A stretch of DNA of 64,000 nt from Monocercomonoides exilis PA203 (lineage: Eukaryota; Protista; Preaxostyla): assembly GCA_001643675.2 (NCBI GenBank), contig LSRY02000026.1:868001-932000 (forward strand). Reading direction: 5' to 3'. The stretch's first letter is position 1, and each line of letters opens with the position of its first letter. Position numbers and translations under genes: made by a program. Shown piece by piece: positions 58,856 to 64,000 of the stretch. The notes under the pieces are model-generated. The model searched no databases, was not told where the DNA came from, and saw only the letters and a program-made list of their open reading frames with translations.

Positions 58856-59796
58856 ATTGAAATATTACTGTGTATTTTAGTTATTGTGCAATAAGAATAT
58901 ACGGTTTTTTTTTTTATGTATTTTTATTTTATTCATATTCTTTTCATTTCTTCTTTTATTTTATGAAAAAGAAAATGTTGATAGAGAATCTTCATTTATG
59001 TGGATTTATCAATGCAAAATAATATTTTCTTATTCAATTCCAATAAAATTCCAGTTTTTATTATAACCATTATTATTATTATTATTCGATTTCTTTCTCT
59101 TGTTGTCTTTTGAGTTTTCTCAAATATACGTGAAAGTAGATCTAACATTCGTCTTTTTCCATTTGTGGTTTTTCTTTGAAAATGAAATGAAATGCATTTC
59201 TTTGTCTTTCTTTTGTATTAAGAAGAATTATTACCATTATTACAACTATTATTATTCATCATTAGATTTTGGAAAACGAGTTTTAATGTATCGATTATTT
59301 TTTTCTTTTTATCTTTTTTCTTTTTTTTACTAGCTTCATTTTTGCTCATTTGTGAATTTTTAACATGATAAGAGATTATCCTCTTGAGCTTCTGCGTCTT
59401 TTTTTTCGCTATTTACAACTTTATTTGAGTTTGTTTAATTAGTGATTGCTATTATAAACGTAAATAATTTTTATTAATAAATATTTTAACTTATATTTTT
59501 CTTTTTTTTTCAATTCTAAGAATGTTCGTTCTTTTCTGGTTTTCATTTCCTTTCCTTTTTTTTTTCATATTTTAACTTGCAACAAGCCTCTTTTCTTTTT
59601 GATTAAAATACGTGATTTTAAAGAGAATTAACATACAATGAGTGAAAAACCCAGAACATGGTAAAAAAAACCCGGACTTTTTATTAAAATTCATATATCT
59701 CGACAAGTTTAAAAAATTAAATTATAATAATTCACGCATTCATACATCAGTATATAACACATCTAACAATATTGAAATTTTCATTTGCTGTGCTGC

Positions 59797-60545
59797 ATTT
59801 ATGAAGTAACAAATTATTTTTATTTTTGAAAATTTGACTTTTAATAATTTTTTCTGTTTCAACAAAACGATTCAGTTCATCTTTTACACACGTAACTTAT
59901 TTTTTCTTTGTTGCAAACTGTTCTGGCTATTTTTCATTTTTGGTAATTTGCTATTTCTAACGGAATGAAAATCTGTCGTTTTCAAAAAATCACAGTCAAT
60001 GGGACAACTGAAAAAATATTTTTTGCAAAACACAAAAACATCCAAGTGAATTAAACACAGACATCAATAAATATGTAATTTAAATAAAAATTTCTTTAAT
60101 TATTTATGATATTCCTACTAAATCATTTTGTGTTTCATCAATATTGTTTTCATAATTGATGATTAGTAATGATAATTTGCATAGAAATTATAACAAAATT
60201 GTGTTTTATGAAATACCTACTAAATCATTTTGTATTTCATCAATAAAGAAATTTTTATATAAATTTCATATTTATTGATGTCTGTGTTTAATTCACTTGG
60301 ATGTTTTTGTGTTTTGCAAAAAATATTTTTTCAGTTGTCCCATTGACTGTGATTTTTTGAAAACGACAGATTTTCATTCCGTTAGAAATAGCAAATTACC
60401 AAAAATGAAAAATAGCCAGAACAGTTTGCAACAAAGAAAAAATAAGTTACGTGTGTAAAAGATGAACTGAATCGTTTTGTTGAAACAGAAAAAATTATTA
60501 AAAGTCAGATTATCAAAAATAAAAAAAATTTGTAACTTCATAAAT
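59797..60545. repeat. Near-perfect ~300-bp inverted repeat with ~145-bp spacer
   Basis: Arms 59797-60098 and 60244-60545; spacer holds a ~41-bp direct repeat (60103-60143, 60205-60245). Confidence 0.93.
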
Positions 60546-60766
60546 CAGATATTTACTGTTCTTGCTAATTGTTAATTCTTTTTGAATTTTTTTTATATTG
60601 AAGAACATAAATTTGATGAATATTTCGTTTATTTTATCATGTTTTTTTTTGAAATGCTCCATGAAATTTGAATGATAATAACTCTTCAACATTTCAATTG
60701 TTCATAAACAAAAATCTATTGCGGAAGTCCAAAATAAACTGGCATTTTGTCGATGTTCATTATTCC

Positions 60767-61993
60767 TTATTCACCTCCCTTTGTTTGTCTTGTTTTACTT
60801 GCACATGAAAGCGGCAATGATTTGTTGTCCAATTTCACAATTTCGATCACTTTTTTGAAGCTTTCTTCAAAGATCTGAGCTGTTGAAGGAGCTCTGTGAA
60901 AATCATTCACAAGTCCACTTTCTTTAAAAGCAGAAAACATGTTTATCGATGAAGAAACTTGCAATACTGCGTTCATTCCAACTCACAAAAGTTGTTCTAC
61001 GCTGTCGTGTGTCGAACCCGACCAAACCTGCTGAATTTGAAGCTTCCAAAGAGAGAAAATGGATAAATCCAATGACTGCAGCAAATGTGTTGTATTCGGA
61101 TGAAAAACCAAAAGCAAAATATTTTCATTTGCAAGTCGAGTCAATGTATTATCTGACAGGTGGATTCTGCAGCTATCAAGCATTTACACAGCCTGTGCAT
61201 GCTTATCTGGTTGAATCATTCTTTTGATGTTGATATGAGGAATGAAAACTTTCTCAATCCAGTTTTCAAACAACTCCTTTATGAAATTAGACGAATCTTT
61301 GATTTCAACGCAACCATGAATTCCGGAATGATTGGCTCGAGATTAAAGGAATCTAATGTTGAATGGTTTTTGCACTAGAAAACAAGGAGGAACAAAAGTT
61401 CCATCAAGCGAAATGCAATGGAGCAATGAAATCCTTTTTTCTCCTCTGTCCACCGGTGTGCGATCAATTTCACGATTTTCATTTGTTCCAACAAAAAGGT
61501 TAACCTTTTTTGTATCTTCATAGGCGTGATAACCTGATTCATCAGCACAGAAGATCATGGATGTATATTTTCCACACACATATTGAACGAAATGATTTTT
61601 CCAAGTGATTACGCTTTGTTCCGATATTTTCATTCTTTTTTCGTCTCTCACGCTTGAAGAGATGACCATCAATTCCTCGCTATGCCTTTTTATGAATGAA
61701 GAATGAAAATTGTGAGAAGGCGTTTTATGACAAACTTTCGCAACAACGGCTCTAAGCGTTTTCGGTGTGTTTTGCTTTCTTTTATCTCTCAGATTTTTCA
61801 GTATTTCCATGATTCGTTTTTCTTGCTTTCGAGTCATCAACATGTTTTTTTTCTCAATTATCTTTTTCGTTATATATCCGGTTCGAATCTGGCAGACAAG
61901 GCTCGGTGTGCAGTTGAGTGCCTTTGCAATTCGCACGTCAGAAGTAATTTTGACTTTTCTCATTTTGCAAGCGTCGAAGAAGGAACGAATCAA
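60767..61993 (-). pseudogene. Frameshifted pogo-like transposase (HTH + CENP-B-type HTH + DD35D)
   Basis: RIAKALNCTPSLV, PSHNFHSSFIKRH, IFCADESG, ISLLHCISLDG..VPPCF, then MLD-(35 aa)-PNTTHLLQSLD; split across ORFs 61343-61993, 60983-61183 and 60767-60976. Confidence 0.88.
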
Positions 61994-62637
61994 TGATACT
62001 TATGTTTTTGAAGTGTTTCGAGACAAAAAGGATGAAATGAAGTGCAGGTCTATTTTTGGAATAAATCCTGTTAAAACTGTTTCAAAAAAAGATGTACAAA
62101 AAGTTGAAATAACGAAAAGCATTTCCAATCAAAAGTTAGACAAATTGTTTTAACTGAAACAACCATAATGATAAAAGAATTATTGTTACCAACATTTAAC
62201 AATTAACATGAATGGTGAGTGACTGATGCAGCACAGCAAATGAAAATTTCAATATTGTTAGATGTGTTATATACTGATGTATGAATGCGTGAATTATTAT
62301 AATTTAATTTTTTAAACTTGTCGAGATATATGAATTTTAATAAAAAGTCCGGGTTTTTTTACCATGTTCTGGGTTTTTCACTCAATGTAACTCTATTGTT
62401 GTAAATATCAATGTTATTAGAAATTAAAATTCGAAACATACATAACTTTTCATTTTCACATCACCAAATGTTGCAAATAACTGAACAAATTTGAAAGGTA
62501 TTTTGTTCTTGATATTTTGTGATTCTAATCTTTTGATCTGATACATAATATATGTTAATTAATTCAATTTTTTTTTATTGACATTTTTTCCCTTGTTCAT
62601 TAAAGAGATCAGAGAAAACGAAACGGTGAGCGATAAA

Positions 62638-64000
62638 ATGGAAAGCGAAACACACATCCAAAAAGAAAAGAGCGACCTTTCAAAGAAGTTCGAGGGAGGC
62701 TTGACAATGGCAATGATATGGATTACAACTGTGAAGACAGATCCGCCCGAGTGGATGAGACATGACATTACACTTTCTCAAAATGTTGGTTGGACAATGG
62801 CTATGATCTGGATCACAAACGTCAAGAAAGAACCACCAGAATGGATGAGGCATAAGATCACATTGACTGAAAATGATGGTTTAACGATGGCTATGATGTG
62901 GATAATTTTTGTCAAGACAGAACCTCCAGAATGGATGAGACATGACATTACTCTTGCTGATAAGGAAGGATGGACAATGGCTATGAGGTGGATTTCAAGT
63001 GTTAATACTGAGCCACCCGAGTGGATGAGACATGACATTACACTTTCTCAAAATGATGGTTTAACGATGGCTATGATGTGGATAATTTTTGTCAAGACAG
63101 AACCTCCAGAATGGATGAGACATGACATTACTCTTGCTGATAAGGAAGGATGGACAATGGCTATGAGGTGGATTTCAAGTGTTAATACTGAGCCACCCGA
63201 GTGGATGAGACATGACATTACACTTTCTCAAAATGATGGTTTAACGATGGCTATGATGTGGATAATTTTTGTCAAGACAGAACCTCCAGAATGGATGAGA
63301 CATGACATTACTCTTGCTGATAAGGAAGGATGGACAATGGCTATGAGGTGGATTTCAAGTGTTAATACTGAGCCACCCGAGTGGATGAGACATGACATTA
63401 CACTTTCTCAAAATGATGGTTTAACGATGGCTATGATGTGGATAATTTTTGTCAAGACAGAACCTCCAGAATGGATGAGACATGACATTACTCTTGCTGA
63501 TAAGGAAGGATGGACAATGGCCATGAGGTGGATTTCAAGTGCTAATACTGAGCCACCCGAGTGGATGAGACATGACATTACACTTTCTCAAAATGATGGT
63601 TTAACGATGGCTATGATGTGGATAATTTTTGTCAAGACAGAACCTCCAGAATGGATGAGACATGACATTACTCTTGCTGATAAGGAAGGATGGACAATGG
63701 CTATGAGGTGGATTTCAAGTGTTAATACTGAGCCACCCGAGTGGATGAGACATGACATTACACTTTCTCAAAATGATGGTTTAACGATGGCTATGATGTG
63801 GATAATTTTTGTCAAGATAGAACCGCCAGAATGGATGAGACATTATTATTCTCTGAAAGATTATAAAGGGAATACAATGGAAAATTTTTGGATTTTTATT
63901 GTCAAGAAAGAACCTCCAAAATGGATGAGACGAGTCTTTAAAGTTGAAGATAAGGCATGTCAAACAATGGAAGATTATCAAGAAGAATGTACATGGAGAG
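62638..64000 (+). CDS. 30-aa tandem-repeat protein (ankyrin-like G-x-T-M-A-M motif), 3' truncated by the window edge
   Basis: Open frame from ATG 62638 to the window end: MESETHIQKEKSDLSKKFEG then repeats of G(L/W)TMAMxWIxxVKTEPPEWMRHDITLxxxx. May have an upstream exon (pyrimidine tract and AG at ~62605). Confidence 0.8.
   Translation, partial: MESETHIQKEKSDLSKKFEGGLTMAMIWITTVKTDPPEWMRHDITLSQNVGWTMAMIWITNVKKEPPEWMRHKITLTENDGLTMAMMWIIFVKTEPPEWMRHDITLADKEGWTMAMRWISSVNTEPPEWMRHDITLSQNDGLTMAMMWIIFVKTEPPEWMRHDITLADKEGWTMAMRWISSVNTEPPEWMRHDITLSQNDGLTMAMMWIIFVKTEPPEWMRHDITLADKEGWTMAMRWISSVNTEPPEWMRHDITLSQNDGLTMAMMWIIFVKTEPPEWMRHDITLADKEGWTMAMRWISSANTEPPEWMRHDITLSQNDGLTMAMMWIIFVKTEPPEWMRHDITLADKEGWTMAMRWISSVNTEPPEWMRHDITLSQNDGLTMAMMWIIFVKIEPPEWMRHYYSLKDYKGNTMENFWIFIVKKEPPKWMRRVFKVEDKACQTMEDYQEECTWR
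62701..63970 (+). repeat. Coding minisatellite: 14 full 90-bp units, central part five near-identical 180-bp dimers (62881-63780)
   Basis: Directly visible 90/180-bp periodicity; terminal units more diverged. Confidence 0.95.

Larger units (their letters stand above)
59636..62387 (-). mobile_element. pogo/Fot-like DNA transposon with ~163-bp TIRs and TA target duplication
   Basis: TIRs at 59636-59798 and 62226-62387 (CA(A/T)TGAGTGAAAAACCCAGAACATGG...GCTGTGCTGCAT), flanked by TA on both sides; transposase remnants inside. Confidence 0.93.

Noticed and set aside
62701-63970. CRISPR-like array
   Set aside because: No unique spacers; whole 90/180-bp units repeat in frame as protein code; eukaryotic context with no cas genes.

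Overview
Eukaryotic genomic DNA: AT-rich intergenic sequence, short GT-AG introns, standard genetic code. The gene families and poly-Ser/poly-Glu coding style suggest an oxymonad such as Monocercomonoides (inference). Host genes are spliced RPS14, Mot1/BTAF1 SNF2 ATPase, an eIF2B delta-like gene, a 3069-aa receptor-like protein (beta-helix-type ectodomain, one TM helix, degenerate kinase), a 3060-aa Ser/Glu low-complexity ORF, a lineage-specific gene with one premature stop, and a 30-aa tandem-repeat protein running off the right edge (absent from the ORF track). Mobile DNA is abundant: two divergent, structurally complete ~4.7-kb DIRS1-type tyrosine-recombinase retrotransposons (22101-26799 minus; 42123-46791 plus), a pogo/Fot-like DD35D transposon with TIRs and an internal ~750-bp palindrome, a second decayed pogo-like transposase, a TA-flanked non-autonomous element whose empty site is also in the window, and nested AT-rich inverted repeats. 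The best candidate for new biology comes from comparing the two DIRS elements. They share a UUU-UUU-CGN site near the end of gag from which both the -1 (pol) and +1 (recombinase) frames are open, a non-canonical recombinase motif (YSxK for HxxR), a terminal hairpin conserved in structure but not sequence, and integration through an AA core without target duplication. All of this was read by eye; no searches were run.
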